The position numbers and the translations under genes were made by a program. Positions 21,150-35,094 of a DNA stretch of 64,000 bases are shown piece after piece (within the stretch, counting starts at the first letter, position 1; each line of letters opens with the position of its first letter). The notes under the pieces were generated by a model that had not been told where the DNA came from, made no database searches, and worked only from the letters and a program-made list of their open reading frames with translations. Source of the stretch: Syntrophales bacterium (GTDB taxonomy: Bacteria > Desulfobacterota > Syntrophia > Syntrophales > UBA2210); NCBI GenBank assembly GCA_963662405.2, contig CAXXKT010000001.1, forward strand, positions 2,400,001-2,464,000, given 5' to 3'.

Positions 21150-21431
21150 ATGAATAAATCCGAATTGATAGATGCCTTAAGTAAGAAAGAGGGCTTAACA
21201 GAAAAACAGGCTGCGGATGTGGTTGGTTTGGTTTTCAAGGGGTTCAGTAACCAACTGAAGGAAGGCGGCCGGATAGAGATCAGGGGGTTCGGGAGTTTTG
21301 TAGTCCGGGACTACGGCTCGTATACCGGAAGAAACCCGAAGACGGGTGGAACCATCCATGTGGCCCCTAAAAAGCTCCCCTTTTTCAAGGTGGGAAAAGA
21401 ACTAAAAGAAAGAGTGAATGCAGGTAGATAG
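21150..21431 (+). CDS. ihfB: Integration host factor beta subunit
   Basis: RIEIRGFGSF, GRNPKTG, PFFKVGKELKERV. Confidence 0.88.
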   Translation: MNKSELIDALSKKEGLTEKQAADVVGLVFKGFSNQLKEGGRIEIRGFGSFVVRDYGSYTGRNPKTGGTIHVAPKKLPFFKVGKELKERVNAGR

Positions 21432-21497
21432 GTAGATCGGTAGCAGGGCTTTGGCTGCTGACCCCGAAGAAACGGGGGGTGGCGTGTGTATCATTTA

Positions 21498-21531
21498 AGA
21501 GGGGAGTCTATCTCCCCTCTTTTCCTTTTTT
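21498..21531 (+). terminator. Terminator after ihfB
   Basis: aagaggggag / ctcccctctt followed by T-rich tail. Confidence 0.8.
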
Positions 21532-21611
21532 GATGCCGCAATCGTTGAAGGTATTGCATCTCGCGCGGGTATTCCCCTCAGCATAGACCTGTGTACACAG
21601 GTAACACGTAT

Positions 21612-22931
21612 ATGCCATCAGGAACATTTTATATTCAAACCTTTGGCTGTCAAATGAATGTTCACGACTCCGAGCAGATGGGACAGCTCCTGTGCGAGGC
21701 GGGGTATGTCGAGGCCGACGAGGCACTTGGGGCGGATATTATCATCGTCAACACCTGTAGCGTCCGGGAAAAGGCGGCCCAAAAGGCCTACAGCCAATTA
21801 GGAAGATTTAAAAAGCTCAAGAAGGAAAAACAAGATCTTATCCTGGGGGTGGTCGGATGTCTCGCTCAGGAGCACGGGAGCGAGTTTTTTCGAAGGGCCC
21901 CCTATCTCGACTTCGTTATTGGTACCCACAATGTCCATCGCGCTCCACAGATCATAGAGGCGGTGCGTCGTGAAAAAGCGCGAATCTCAGAGACCTCCTT
22001 TCAGCCCTCGGTTCAATCTCTCGGTATCCGCGTTCTTCCCCCCGATGGAAGAGTAAGTGCCTTTGTCACGATCATGCAGGGGTGTAACAATTTTTGCTCT
22101 TATTGTATCGTGCCGTATGTGAGGGGGAGAGAGGAAAGCCGGGAGAGCGCCGATATTGTCGATGAGATTCGATTTCTCGCCGCGGGCGGTGTCAAGGAGG
22201 TCGTTCTCCTCGGGCAGAATGTCAATTCCTACAGCGGTGGGGGGGTAAGGAATGTCGGTTTCCCGACCTTGTTAAGAATGATTGACGATATAGAGGGGAT
22301 AGAGCGGATCCGTTTCACCACCTCGCACCCGAAGGATCTTTCGAGTGATCTCGCCGCCTGTTTTGCCGATCTTGACAAGCTGTGTGGCCATATTCACCTT
22401 CCCGTCCAGGCCGGTTCCGATTATGTCTTGAAGAAAATGAAAAGGGGGTATACTGTTGAATCGTATCTGGAGAAGATCGTTATGTTGCGGGATGCCTGTC
22501 CGGATATCAGCATTACCTCCGATATTATCGTTGGATTTCCGGGTGAGACAGAGGGTGATTTTCAAAAAACGGTTGACCTTATGAAAGAAGTACGATTTGA
22601 TAGCACCTTTTCTTTTCGGTATTGCGACCGCCGTGGCACGGCTTCCGAGGGGTTCCAGGGAAAGGTCCCGGAAGCGGTCAAACAGGAGCGGTTGTCCCGG
22701 CTCCAATTGCTCCAGCGGGAACACAGCCTGGAGAAGAACCGGTCTTTGAAGGGACGGGTGGTGGATGTGCTGGTGGAGGGGGGCAGCAAGAGCGGCGGCA
22801 ACGATGTGACGGGGAGAACCAGGGGAAACAGGATTGTCAACTTTGCAGGCCGCACCGATATGATCGGTCGGACCGTACCTGTCAAGATTGTCCGGGTGTA
22901 TATGCATTCCCTGAGAGGAGAGAAGGAATGA
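21612..22931 (+). CDS. miaB: tRNA methylthiotransferase MiaB
   Basis: TFGCQMNVHDS, NTCSVRE, CNNFCSYC, C-terminal TRAM domain. Confidence 0.95.
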   Translation: MPSGTFYIQTFGCQMNVHDSEQMGQLLCEAGYVEADEALGADIIIVNTCSVREKAAQKAYSQLGRFKKLKKEKQDLILGVVGCLAQEHGSEFFRRAPYLDFVIGTHNVHRAPQIIEAVRREKARISETSFQPSVQSLGIRVLPPDGRVSAFVTIMQGCNNFCSYCIVPYVRGREESRESADIVDEIRFLAAGGVKEVVLLGQNVNSYSGGGVRNVGFPTLLRMIDDIEGIERIRFTTSHPKDLSSDLAACFADLDKLCGHIHLPVQAGSDYVLKKMKRGYTVESYLEKIVMLRDACPDISITSDIIVGFPGETEGDFQKTVDLMKEVRFDSTFSFRYCDRRGTASEGFQGKVPEAVKQERLSRLQLLQREHSLEKNRSLKGRVVDVLVEGGSKSGGNDVTGRTRGNRIVNFAGRTDMIGRTVPVKIVRVYMHSLRGEKE

Positions 22932-23443
22932 AGGAGGGAGAGTCATTGGTAGAAGTGAGGGTGTTCGGGTTGGCCATGGATCCTGTGACCAGTACCCCCA
23001 TTGTGATACTCAAGGATCTCGAAGAAAAGCGGGCTATCCCGATATGGATAGGGCTTTTTGAGGCGAGTGCTATTGCGACGCAGATGGAAGGGGTCAATCT
23101 GGCGCGGCCGATGACGCACGATCTCATGAATGAGCTGTTAAATATTCTTGATGCAAAGATCCTCAAGATCGTGATCAATGATCTGAGGAACAACACCTTT
23201 TTTGCCGTCATTCATCTTCTAAACGGGGAAATTCCCATGACGATCGATTCCCGTCCGAGTGATGCGATCGCCCTTGCACTTCGGGCCAATGCACCTATTT
23301 TTATTGATGAAAAGGTTATTGAGAAATCAACGAGTATTGATTTTGGCACCAAAACCAAGGACCTGAATAAATATTCCAAGGAACAGCTCAAGGAGTTTCT
23401 GGAAAATCTTTCTTCTGAAGATTTTGGGAAGTATAAGATGTAG
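22928..23443 (+). CDS. Bifunctional nuclease family protein (DUF151)
   Basis: IPIWIGLFEA, RPMTHDL, IDSRPSDAIALALR. Confidence 0.9.
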   Translation: MKEGESLVEVRVFGLAMDPVTSTPIVILKDLEEKRAIPIWIGLFEASAIATQMEGVNLARPMTHDLMNELLNILDAKILKIVINDLRNNTFFAVIHLLNGEIPMTIDSRPSDAIALALRANAPIFIDEKVIEKSTSIDFGTKTKDLNKYSKEQLKEFLENLSSEDFGKYKM

Positions 23444-23556
23444 TTGATGGACCGTGAGGCTGTCAAGCGGTAATGAACCTCGATTCTTCACAGGATGATG
23501 TCAATCGGGTCCTTGAGAGAGGACTCGGTTGTTTTTCGGATGGTGGAGGTGTTGCT

Positions 23557-23790
23557 GTGAAAGAAGAGACGAGGCGGCTCTACCTTAAGGCCGGCGACGA
23601 GGTGATCCATGCCAGGTATCCCGAATGGGGATCCGGCCGCGTCGTGGAGGAGAGAAATTCCGGTGTGGTCGGCGGGATGTCCTATGTAAAGGTAGCTTTC
23701 CGCGATGGACGGACGCGGATCTTTGATAACAACTTTGCCAATTCCTGTTGCTGTTACTATGCCGGCATCAGGAAGCGTTCCCCCGAGTGA
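23557..23790 (+). CDS. Small hypothetical protein (DUF3553-like)
   Basis: GGAGGT RBS before GTG; GDEVIH..YPEWGSG.V; CCYYAGI. Confidence 0.55.
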   Translation: MKEETRRLYLKAGDEVIHARYPEWGSGRVVEERNSGVVGGMSYVKVAFRDGRTRIFDNNFANSCCCYYAGIRKRSPE

Positions 23791-23797
23791 TCATGAA

Positions 23798-24730
23798 ATG
23801 GCCGCAAAATCGAGTCGGATAGAAGATGCGATCAGGGATTTTGGCTTTCATATGGAGGTCGAAAGAAACCTGTCGCACCATACGATGAGGAGTTATCTGT
23901 CAGACCTGGAACAGTTCAGGTGTTTTCTCCTTGAACGCGGAGTTGATCGGCCCGGTGACGTCGATCAGATGGTAGTGCGGAGTTTTCTCGCGATCCTCTA
24001 TCGGGGAAAGACGAAAAAGGCCACGATTTCACGGAAAGTGGCAAGCCTCAGGGCGTTCTTTCAGTTTCTGGTTCGGGAAGGGTCGGTACGATACAATCCC
24101 GCCAAGATGGTTCAGGCACCGAAGATAGACAAACACCTCCCATCTTTTTTAAGTATAGACGAGGTTTTTTCCCTTCTGAAGGTAACGTTTGAACCGGGAG
24201 TGACCGGTTTGAGAGACCGGGCGATTATTGAATTTCTCTATTCGGTTGGGGTGCGGGTGAGTGAACTGACCGGGCTGAATGTCGGCGATGTCGATTTTTC
24301 CAGCAGTCTGGTGAAGGTCAGGGGAAAAGGGAGAAAGGAACGAATTCTCCCTGTCGGTGGTCCCGCGCTGTCGGCCCTGGGGGAGTATCTCCGCAGTCGC
24401 ACCGATACGGGAATGAAAACAGAGGTCGAAGAAGATATCCCTCTTTTCCTCAACCGGCTGGGCTCACGCCTGACCCCGAGGAGCGTGAGGAGAATTATCG
24501 ACAAGTACGTGACCCTCGGTGGTATCGGGAAGAAGATCAGTCCCCATGCCCTCAGGCATACCTTTGCGACCCACCTCATGGATGCGGGTGCCGATCTGCG
24601 GGTCATACAGGAGCTGCTGGGACATGAAAGCCTGTCGACTACCCAGAAGTATACCTCCGTCAGCGTGACGCGGTTGATGGAGATATACGACAAGAGCCAC
24701 CCACGGGCTCGAGGAGAAAAGATGTTATGA
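23798..24730 (+). CDS. xerC: Tyrosine recombinase XerC
   Basis: [44 protein letters not shown]; upstream of hslVU. Confidence 0.92.
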   Translation: MAAKSSRIEDAIRDFGFHMEVERNLSHHTMRSYLSDLEQFRCFLLERGVDRPGDVDQMVVRSFLAILYRGKTKKATISRKVASLRAFFQFLVREGSVRYNPAKMVQAPKIDKHLPSFLSIDEVFSLLKVTFEPGVTGLRDRAIIEFLYSVGVRVSELTGLNVGDVDFSSSLVKVRGKGRKERILPVGGPALSALGEYLRSRTDTGMKTEVEEDIPLFLNRLGSRLTPRSVRRIIDKYVTLGGIGKKISPHALRHTFATHLMDAGADLRVIQELLGHESLSTTQKYTSVSVTRLMEIYDKSHPRARGEKML

Positions 24731-25335
24731 ATACTATGCGGGGAACGACCATCGTAGCGGTGAGACATAAGGGGAAGGTCGCCGTCGCAGGCGACGGCCA
24801 GGTAACCCTCGATACGATAGCATTGAAACATGGCGCCCGAAAGGTGCGGCGGTTGTATCACGATAAGGTGATTGTCGGATTCGCAGGGGCCACGGCGGAT
24901 GCCTTTACCCTTTTTGACCGCTTCGATCAGAAGCTCGAACAGTACAACGGCAACCTCCTGCGGGCCGCGGTAGAGCTGACCAAGGACTGGCGGACGGATC
25001 GGGTCCTGAGACACCTCGAGGCCCTGATGATAGCGGTCAGCGAGGTTGATTTCCTGATCATATCGGGGAACGGAGACGTGATCGAATCGGACGACGAGGT
25101 TTTGGCGATCGGCTCCGGCGGTCCGTACGCTTTGGCCGCGGCGAGAGCCCTGATTGGGCACTCGGACCTGAGTGCGAAAGAGATCACCGAAGAGGCCATG
25201 CACATCGCCTCCGAGATCTGCATATTTACAAATGACAGGATCCGGGTGGAGGAACTGGATGTGGCCGAGAACGTCGCCGAGCAGGAGACAGAGGGCACAA
25301 AAGACGGCACGACAAAGACAAAAATAAAGGATTAG
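24727..25335 (+). CDS. hslV: ATP-dependent protease subunit HslV
   Basis: [27 protein letters not shown]. Confidence 0.97.
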   Translation: MNTMRGTTIVAVRHKGKVAVAGDGQVTLDTIALKHGARKVRRLYHDKVIVGFAGATADAFTLFDRFDQKLEQYNGNLLRAAVELTKDWRTDRVLRHLEALMIAVSEVDFLIISGNGDVIESDDEVLAIGSGGPYALAAARALIGHSDLSAKEITEEAMHIASEICIFTNDRIRVEELDVAENVAEQETEGTKDGTTKTKIKD

Positions 25336-25345
25336 GTAGGATCGG

Positions 25346-27668
<2,323 letters not shown>

Positions 27669-27690
27669 AAGCATCGTGGAGAAAGGTATC

Positions 27691-28878
27691 ATGAAAACAG
27701 AAGAACTGATCGTGCAATCGAGTCGATACATCATGGGGACATATGCCCGTCTCCCGATTGCCCTGGTACGCGGGAAAGGGGTGCGGGTGTGGGATGCGGA
27801 TGGAAAGGAGTATCTCGATTTTCTGTCGGGGATTGCCGTGTGTGCCCTGGGTCACTCAAATCCGTTGGTTTCAGAAGCGATCTGTGAACAGGCCGGGACC
27901 CTGATGCACGTCTCCAATATGTACCATATCGAACCGCAGATTCGCCTTGCCGCCTTCCTGGTGGAGCACTCCTTCGCGGACAAGGTCTTTTTCTGCAACA
28001 GTGGCGCGGAGGCCAACGAGGCGGCCATCAAGTTGGCACGAAAATATGCCCACGAGCATATGGACGGGAATAGGCACCGTATCATCAGCATGAGGAATTC
28101 CTTCCACGGGCGGACCCTTGCCACCCTCACGGCGACGGGCCAGGAACGGTTTCACGAGGGTTTTGACCCTCTTCCGACCGGTTTCGACTATGTCCCCTAC
28201 GACGATCTGATATCCCTCGAACGGGCCGCCACGGATGATGTCTGCGCGGTGATCCTCGAAGCCGTTCAGGGTGAAGGGGGGATTCGGGTCCCGGATGAAC
28301 GGTATCTGGAGGGGGTGCGGAGAATCTGCGACGATAGGGATATCCTGATGATCCTGGATGAGGTCCAGACGGGGATGGGAAGGACGGGGGATCTCTTTGC
28401 CTATGAGAAAAGCGGTGTGGTTCCGGATATCATGACGCTGGCAAAGGCCCTGGGAAACGGTTTCCCGGTCGGGGCCATGCTGGCCACCGATGAGGTCGCG
28501 GCATCTTTTACGCCGGGGAGCCATGCCTCGACCTTCGGGGGAAACCCCCTGGCTATGGCGGCGAGTATCGCGGTCGTTGATACCTTGATCAACGGAGGAG
28601 TACTGGATAACTGCCGGAAGATGGGGAAATATCTCCGTGAGAAGCTGGGAGGATTGAAGGAACGGTATCCGGTGATCAGAGAGGTGCGAGGGCGGGGACT
28701 CCTCATCGGCGTGGAATTGACGATAGAGGGGGCGGATATCGTGAGGGGATGCATGGAACGGGGGTTGCTTCTGAACTGTACCTGCGGTAACATCCTACGC
28801 TTTGCTCCTCCCCTGATTATTACAGCGGAAGATGTGGATCGAGCGGTTGGTATTCTGGACGAGGTGATGGGAGAATGA
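27691..28878 (+). CDS. argD: Acetylornithine aminotransferase
   Basis: NSGAEANEAAIK, SFHGRT, DEVQTG, AKALG. Confidence 0.93.
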   Translation: MKTEELIVQSSRYIMGTYARLPIALVRGKGVRVWDADGKEYLDFLSGIAVCALGHSNPLVSEAICEQAGTLMHVSNMYHIEPQIRLAAFLVEHSFADKVFFCNSGAEANEAAIKLARKYAHEHMDGNRHRIISMRNSFHGRTLATLTATGQERFHEGFDPLPTGFDYVPYDDLISLERAATDDVCAVILEAVQGEGGIRVPDERYLEGVRRICDDRDILMILDEVQTGMGRTGDLFAYEKSGVVPDIMTLAKALGNGFPVGAMLATDEVAASFTPGSHASTFGGNPLAMAASIAVVDTLINGGVLDNCRKMGKYLREKLGGLKERYPVIREVRGRGLLIGVELTIEGADIVRGCMERGLLLNCTCGNILRFAPPLIITAEDVDRAVGILDEVMGE

Positions 28879-29804
28879 TGATAAAAGATTTGCTCACGAT
28901 ATACGATCTGGATGTCGATGATTGTGACGAGATATTTACAAGAGCGCGGCGGCTGAAAGATCTCCTGCAAAGAGGGGTGGCGCATGAGTCGCTGAAAGGG
29001 AAGACGCTCGGGATGCTCTTCGACAAATCATCCACGCGGACACGTCTGTCTTTCGAGGCCGGGATCCACCAGTTGGGCGGTATGGGGATATTTATGAGCC
29101 GACGCGACATCCAGCTGGGGAGGGGGGAACCGATCTTCGACACGGCACAGGTCATGTCGCGCTACATCGACGGAATCATGATTCGGACCTTTGAACAGGG
29201 CCTCGTCGATGAATTCGCCCGCTATGCGACGATTCCGGTGATCAACGGATTGACCGATCTTCTCCACCCTTGTCAGGTCCTGAGCGATCTCTTCACCATT
29301 ATAGAGAAAAAGGGCGGATACGAAGGGTTGAAGATCGCCTATGTCGGGGACGGCAATAACATGACCAACTCCTGGATCAATGCCGCGGCCCGGCTCCCGT
29401 TTTATCTGTCCATTTCATGCCCCGAGGGGTATCACCCGGATAAGACGATCTTGGAGCGGGGAATCCGGGAGGCGAAACAGGGAATAGAGATCCTGCGCAC
29501 TCCGGCCGATGCGGTCGCGGATGCCGACGTAATCTATACAGACGTCTGGGCCAGTATGGGGCAGGAGGGTGAGCAGGAAGAGCGAGTGGCAGCGTTCCAG
29601 GGGTATCAGGTGGATGCGGCACTGCTCAGGTGTGCGAAAGGTGACGCCATCGTGATGCACTGTCTCCCCGCACACCGTGGTGAAGAAATTACCGCCGATG
29701 TGATCGACGGGCCTCAGTCCGTGATCATTGATCAGGCGGAGAACCGCCTGCACGTACAGAAGGCGATTATGGAAATTCTTATGTCTGGAGGAAATGAAAA
29801 GTGA
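28875..29804 (+). CDS. argF: Ornithine carbamoyltransferase
   Basis: STRTR, HPCQ, WASMG, HCLP. Confidence 0.96.
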   Translation: MMIKDLLTIYDLDVDDCDEIFTRARRLKDLLQRGVAHESLKGKTLGMLFDKSSTRTRLSFEAGIHQLGGMGIFMSRRDIQLGRGEPIFDTAQVMSRYIDGIMIRTFEQGLVDEFARYATIPVINGLTDLLHPCQVLSDLFTIIEKKGGYEGLKIAYVGDGNNMTNSWINAAARLPFYLSISCPEGYHPDKTILERGIREAKQGIEILRTPADAVADADVIYTDVWASMGQEGEQEERVAAFQGYQVDAALLRCAKGDAIVMHCLPAHRGEEITADVIDGPQSVIIDQAENRLHVQKAIMEILMSGGNEK

Positions 29805-31009
29805 AAAGCGATGTCAAAAAAGTAGTCCTGGCATACTCGGGAGGACTTGATTCCTCGGTGATTGTCAGGTGGTTGATTGAAACGTACGGATGTGAGGTGA
29901 TCACCCTGACCGGGGACGTGGGGCAGAAGCAGGAGCTCGACGGCCTTGAAAAAAAAGCGATTGCCACGGGAGCGGTCAAGGCGTACATCGAGGATCTTAC
30001 CGAAGAATTCGTACGGGACTTTGTTTTCCCCGCCCTGAGGGCCAATGCGATATATGAGGGGAACTATCTCCTCGGCACCTCGTTGGCGCGGCCGATCATA
30101 GCCAAGCGCCAGATTGAGATCGCCCATCAGGAAGGGGCGGACGCCGTCTGTCACGGGGCTACCGGGAAGGGGAACGACCAGGTACGCTTTGAGATGACCT
30201 ATATGGCGCTTGATCCGAGTATCAAGATCATCTCGGCCTGGAAGGACGAGCACTGGACCCTGCATTCACGGGAGGCGATGATAGACTATGCGGAGAGATA
30301 CAATATCCCCATCAAGTCGACAAAGAAAAGCCCCTACAGCGAAGACAGAAATCTCCTCCATATCTCACATGAGGGAGGTGTCCTTGAGGACCTGTGGCAG
30401 GAACCGCCTGAGGATATGTTTGTCATGACCGTTTCCCCGGAAAATGCTCCGGACCGACCGACCTATGTGGAAGTCTCTTTTGAACAGGGGAACCCCGTAG
30501 CGATCGACGGCAAGGCGATGTCCCCGGCACGGCTCCTCGATTGTATGAACTCCCTTGCCGGTGAAAACGGTGTCGGCCGCGTCGACATGGTGGAGAACCG
30601 TTTTGTGGGTATGAAATCACGGGGGATCTACGAAACCCCTGGCGGAACGGCCCTTTGGGCGGCCCACCGGGCCATGGAAACGATTACCATGGATCGGGAG
30701 GCGATGCTGATTCGTGATTCCGTTATGCCCAAGTATGCGCAGATCATATACAACGGTTTCTGGTACTCCCCCGAGCGGGAGATGCTTCAGAAGATGATCG
30801 ATGAAGCACAGCGGAGTGTGACAGGGACCGTTCGTCTGAAACTGTATAAGGGGAATTGTATCCCGGTGGGTGTCAAGGCCCCGGTGTCCCTCTACAGTGA
30901 AAAACTGGCCACCTTCGATGAAGATGATGTGTATGATCAGAAGGATGCCACGGGATTCATCAGGCTCAATGCGCTCAGACTGAAGATGCAGGCGCTGCTG
31001 AAAAAATAA
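29801..31009 (+). CDS. argG: Argininosuccinate synthase
   Basis: [33 protein letters not shown]. Confidence 0.97.
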   Translation: MKSDVKKVVLAYSGGLDSSVIVRWLIETYGCEVITLTGDVGQKQELDGLEKKAIATGAVKAYIEDLTEEFVRDFVFPALRANAIYEGNYLLGTSLARPIIAKRQIEIAHQEGADAVCHGATGKGNDQVRFEMTYMALDPSIKIISAWKDEHWTLHSREAMIDYAERYNIPIKSTKKSPYSEDRNLLHISHEGGVLEDLWQEPPEDMFVMTVSPENAPDRPTYVEVSFEQGNPVAIDGKAMSPARLLDCMNSLAGENGVGRVDMVENRFVGMKSRGIYETPGGTALWAAHRAMETITMDREAMLIRDSVMPKYAQIIYNGFWYSPEREMLQKMIDEAQRSVTGTVRLKLYKGNCIPVGVKAPVSLYSEKLATFDEDDVYDQKDATGFIRLNALRLKMQALLKK

Positions 31010-31032
31010 CCGGCGGTAGACGGAGTTCAACG

Positions 31033-32427
31033 ATGCCCGGAAAGAAAAAGCCGTGGGGAGGACGGTTTTCCGAACCCACCGATAAACGGGTGGAGGAGTT
31101 TACCTGCTCTCTCCATTTTGACCAGAGACTCTATCCGTATGATATCGCGGGATCTATCGCGCATTGTCGGATGCTCGCCGCGCAGGGTATTGTCTCTTCG
31201 GAAGATGCCGATGCGATCGTCTCCGGACTCCAGGGGATCTTGAAGGACCTGAAAGCGGGGACGCTTCCCCTCCCCTCCCATCTGGAGGATATCCATATGG
31301 CGATTGAGGCGACCTTGATCGACCGTATCGGTCAGGTGGGAGGGAAGCTTCACACGGCACGGAGCAGAAATGACCAGGTATCCCTGGACATGAGACTCTA
31401 TCTGCGTGATGAGGTCGATCGGACCCTCGATCTGATAGCGATCCTCCAGACGACCCTTGTCCGCGTTGCACGGCGGGAAATCGATACGATTCTTCCCGGA
31501 TACACCCACATGCAGCGGGCGCAGCCCGTTCTCCTTGCCCATTATCTTCTCGCCTACTGGGAGATGCTGGAGCGGGATGCGGGGCGCCTCAAAGGGTGCC
31601 GGGAGCGGATCGACGTTTTGCCGCTGGGATCGGCGGCCCTGGCGGGAACGGGGTTTCCCATAGACCGGCAATATGTGGCCGGTCAGCTGGGTTTTCCGGC
31701 GGTATCGAAAAACAGCATGGATGCGGTTTCAGATCGGGACTTCGTTGCTGAATTTGTTTTTGACGCCTCACTTGTGATGATGCATATGAGTCGCTTCTGT
31801 GAAGACCTGATACTCTGGTCCGGCGATGAGTTCGGGTTTGTCACGATCTCCGATGCCTTTACCACGGGGAGCAGTATCATGCCTCAGAAGAAAAACCCCG
31901 ACGTGGCCGAACTCATACGGGGGAAAACCGGACGCGTTTACGGGGACCTGACGGCAATCCTGACCCTCATGAAGGGACTTCCCATGACCTATGATCGGGA
32001 TCTCCAGGAAGATAAGGAACCTCTTTTCGATGCAGTCGATACCGTCACGGCCTCCCTTGCGGTCCTGGCGGAGATGGCCGAGAACCTCACCTTCAACCGG
32101 GATCGGATGATCGAGGCCGCCACCGGAGGATTCTCCACCGCGACGGATATTGCCGATTACCTGGTGATGAAAGGAGTTCCTTTCAGGGAGGCGCACGGTA
32201 TCGTGGGGCGTATTGTGGGGTACTGTGTTGAAAAAGGAAAGAATCTATGCGATCTTGACATGGGGGAGATCCGCCTCTTCTGGGAAGATGCAGATGAGGG
32301 GATCTATGCGCGCATGGAAGTGACCGGATCGGTCGATGCGCGAGGTATCATTGGTGGAACGGCCCGGAAGGCCGTATTCGCAAGGATAGAGGAAATAGAA
32401 TCTCAGACAGTACATGAAATCCTTTGA
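31033..32427 (+). CDS. argH: Argininosuccinate lyase
   Basis: WGGRF, HTARSRNDQ, GSSIMPQKKNPD. Confidence 0.97.
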   Translation: MPGKKKPWGGRFSEPTDKRVEEFTCSLHFDQRLYPYDIAGSIAHCRMLAAQGIVSSEDADAIVSGLQGILKDLKAGTLPLPSHLEDIHMAIEATLIDRIGQVGGKLHTARSRNDQVSLDMRLYLRDEVDRTLDLIAILQTTLVRVARREIDTILPGYTHMQRAQPVLLAHYLLAYWEMLERDAGRLKGCRERIDVLPLGSAALAGTGFPIDRQYVAGQLGFPAVSKNSMDAVSDRDFVAEFVFDASLVMMHMSRFCEDLILWSGDEFGFVTISDAFTTGSSIMPQKKNPDVAELIRGKTGRVYGDLTAILTLMKGLPMTYDRDLQEDKEPLFDAVDTVTASLAVLAEMAENLTFNRDRMIEAATGGFSTATDIADYLVMKGVPFREAHGIVGRIVGYCVEKGKNLCDLDMGEIRLFWEDADEGIYARMEVTGSVDARGIIGGTARKAVFARIEEIESQTVHEIL

Positions 32428-32440
32428 AAGGGGTGTGCGT

Positions 32441-32887
32441 ATGACAACGGGGAGGAGGATATCGATATGCTGCGTAATAGCAATCAGTTCCCTGGCCCTG
32501 CTGTGTGTCGGGTGCGGGAAAAAGGGAGATCCGCGCTATCCCGATAACAGCTATCCCGTGAAGGTTGAGGATCTTGCGATATCTTTCGATGGGGAAAAGG
32601 CCATCTTGGAGTGGAGCATACCCGGGCGGTGGGACCGGGCGGGGTATGCCCGGATCTTCAGGAGTGCACTCAAGGCACAGGGGAGCAGTTGTCCGAACTG
32701 CCCCCGGATATATGCCATCCTGGACTATCTTCCCCTTCGCGACGTACGATCGACAGAAAAGGGAATATTCAGGTACGTGGATCGAAATATCAGAGAGGGA
32801 TTCCTCTACTCCTATCGGCTGGTCATCTGTTCCTCCTCCGGGAGATGTGGGGAGCAGTCCAATACGGCCGATAAAGAGATCCCCTAA
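32441..32887 (+). CDS. Putative lipoprotein (fibronectin-III-like)
   Basis: Lipobox VGCGKKGDP; CPNCP; lies between argH and lysA. Confidence 0.65.
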   Translation: MTTGRRISICCVIAISSLALLCVGCGKKGDPRYPDNSYPVKVEDLAISFDGEKAILEWSIPGRWDRAGYARIFRSALKAQGSSCPNCPRIYAILDYLPLRDVRSTEKGIFRYVDRNIREGFLYSYRLVICSSSGRCGEQSNTADKEIP

Positions 32888-32908
32888 GAGTGGGACGAAC
32901 GGTAAACC

Positions 32909-34180
32909 ATGCATTATTTTAATTATGCGGAAAATCATTTGTGGTGTGAGGAAGTGCCGGTTTCCACGGTGGCACGGGCGGTGGGGACGCCCTTTTATCT
33001 GTACAGCCACCGGACCCTGAAAAAACACTTTGAGGTCTTTGATTCGGCCTTCAAGGAGATTCCTCATCTGGTGTGTTTTTCCGCGAAGGCCAATTCCAAC
33101 GCGGCTATCCTCAGGATATTCATCAATGAGGGGAGCGGTGTGGATATCGTTTCCGGGGGGGAACTGTATCGGGCCCTTCAGGCGGGAGCCGACCCGGGTA
33201 AGATCGTCTATTCGGGGGTGGGGAAACGAGAAGAGGAAATTCGCTACGCCCTGGAGAGCAATATCCTCATGTTTAACGTTGAATCGCAGCAGGAACTTGA
33301 TGCGATCGATGCCTGCGCCGGAAGGATGGGGACGGTTGCGCGGATATCACTGCGGGTCAATCCCGACGTTGATCCCCTGACGCATCCTCACATATCCACC
33401 GGGATGAAAGAAAATAAGTTCGGGATCGACATCAAACGGTCCCTCGAGGAATACCGGCGCGCCCAGCGATTGGCTCATGTGGAGATCGTCGGGGTGGATT
33501 GCCATATCGGGTCGCAGATCACGCAGGTTGCTCCCTTTATTGATGCCCTGGATCGGCTCAAAGAATTGGTGGTGTCCCTCCGGAGTGAGGGGATTACGAT
33601 CCGGTACCTGGATCTGGGCGGTGGGCTGGGAATCACCTACGATCAGGAGACCCCTCCCCATCCGGACGATTATGCCCGGGCCGTTATGGATAAGGTCCGG
33701 GACATTGATTGTACCTTTATCCTCGAACCGGGCCGGGTGATCGTGGGAAATGCAGGGGTCCTGATCACCGAAGTCTTGTATACGAAGAAGAACGAGGAGA
33801 AGACCTTTGTGATCGTCGATGCCGGGATGAATGATCTCTTGAGACCCAGCCTCTACGATTCGTTTCATAAGATCCAGCCCGTTCATGTCAAGGGGCGTGA
33901 AGGCGTCATCTCCGATGTGGTGGGGCCGATTTGTGAGTCAGGGGATTATCTTGCCCGAGGGAGAACTATCCCTCGCCTCGAGCGGGGTGATCTGATAGCG
34001 GTCATGAGTGCGGGTGCCTACGGTTTTAGTATGTCTTCAAATTACAACTCCCGTCCGCGGGTTCCCGAGGTGCTGGTTCGGGATGCGACGTTTCATGTGA
34101 TCCGAGCCAGAGAGACGCGTGCGGACCTGGTACGGGACGAGATCATTCCCGATTTTCTCCGTGAGGAAGATCATCGGTGA
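32909..34180 (+). CDS. lysA: Diaminopimelate decarboxylase
   Basis: KANSN, HIGSQI, DLGGG, EPGR, CESGD, SNYNSRP. Confidence 0.96.
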   Translation: MHYFNYAENHLWCEEVPVSTVARAVGTPFYLYSHRTLKKHFEVFDSAFKEIPHLVCFSAKANSNAAILRIFINEGSGVDIVSGGELYRALQAGADPGKIVYSGVGKREEEIRYALESNILMFNVESQQELDAIDACAGRMGTVARISLRVNPDVDPLTHPHISTGMKENKFGIDIKRSLEEYRRAQRLAHVEIVGVDCHIGSQITQVAPFIDALDRLKELVVSLRSEGITIRYLDLGGGLGITYDQETPPHPDDYARAVMDKVRDIDCTFILEPGRVIVGNAGVLITEVLYTKKNEEKTFVIVDAGMNDLLRPSLYDSFHKIQPVHVKGREGVISDVVGPICESGDYLARGRTIPRLERGDLIAVMSAGAYGFSMSSNYNSRPRVPEVLVRDATFHVIRARETRADLVRDEIIPDFLREEDHR

Positions 34181-34216
34181 TAAATACAGCGTCAATTTTC
34201 AACAGGAGGAAGAGGT

Positions 34217-35092
34217 ATGTTTACAGGTGCAATAGTCGCGATTGTAACCCCATTTAAAGATGGGAAGGTGGACGAGGAGGCGCTCAGGGAACTGATCGAG
34301 TTCCAGATAGATTCTGGAACCGATGGCATCGTCCCCTGCGGGACGACGGGAGAAAGTGCAACCATGTCTCATGAAGAGCACGACCGGGTCGTCGAGATCA
34401 CCGTGGATGCCGTCAACAAGAGGGTGCCCGTCATCGCAGGGGCCGGCTCCAACAGCACCAAGGAGGCCATCCGGCTTACCGAACATGCCTACAAGGTGGG
34501 GGCGGACGGAACACTCTTGGTGACCCCGTACTACAACAAACCGACACAAGAGGGGCTGTATCAGCACTACAAGGCGGTGGCCGAGGCCGTACCGGTCCCG
34601 ATCGTTCCCTACAACGTACCGGGCCGGACGGGGGTGAATATCCTCCCGGAGACCGCCGCGCGCCTTTCACAAATCAGTAACATCGTTGCCATCAAGGAGG
34701 CGACGGGGGATCTGAAACAGGTCAGCAAGGTGGTGGAACTGTGCGGTGACGACCTGACCGTCCTGTCCGGTGATGACTTTACCGTTCTTCCCATCCTGGC
34801 GGTGGGGGGGAAGGGGGTTATCTCCGTCGTGTCCAATGTTGTCCCGGGGGATATGGCAGCCATGATCGATGCCTTCGAGGCGGGGGATCTGGAGAAGGCG
34901 CGCGCGCTTCATTACCGGATGAGCCCGATCATGTATGGGTGCTTTCTGGAGACCAATCCCATCCCGGTCAAGAAGGCCCTCGTGATGATGGGGAAGATCC
35001 AGGATGAGATCAGACTTCCCCTGTGTAATATGTCAGATGCGAACCATCAGAAATTACGTGAGATCATGATCGATTACGGTCTGATCAAATAA
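34217..35092 (+). CDS. dapA: 4-hydroxy-tetrahydrodipicolinate synthase
   Basis: GTTGE, PYYNKP, YNVPGRT, IKEA. Confidence 0.97.
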   Translation: MFTGAIVAIVTPFKDGKVDEEALRELIEFQIDSGTDGIVPCGTTGESATMSHEEHDRVVEITVDAVNKRVPVIAGAGSNSTKEAIRLTEHAYKVGADGTLLVTPYYNKPTQEGLYQHYKAVAEAVPVPIVPYNVPGRTGVNILPETAARLSQISNIVAIKEATGDLKQVSKVVELCGDDLTVLSGDDFTVLPILAVGGKGVISVVSNVVPGDMAAMIDAFEAGDLEKARALHYRMSPIMYGCFLETNPIPVKKALVMMGKIQDEIRLPLCNMSDANHQKLREIMIDYGLIK

Positions 35093-35094
35093 GG

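Noticed and set aside
23798..24730. Second mobile-element integrase
   Set aside because: Housekeeping XerC in its usual xerC-hslVU context
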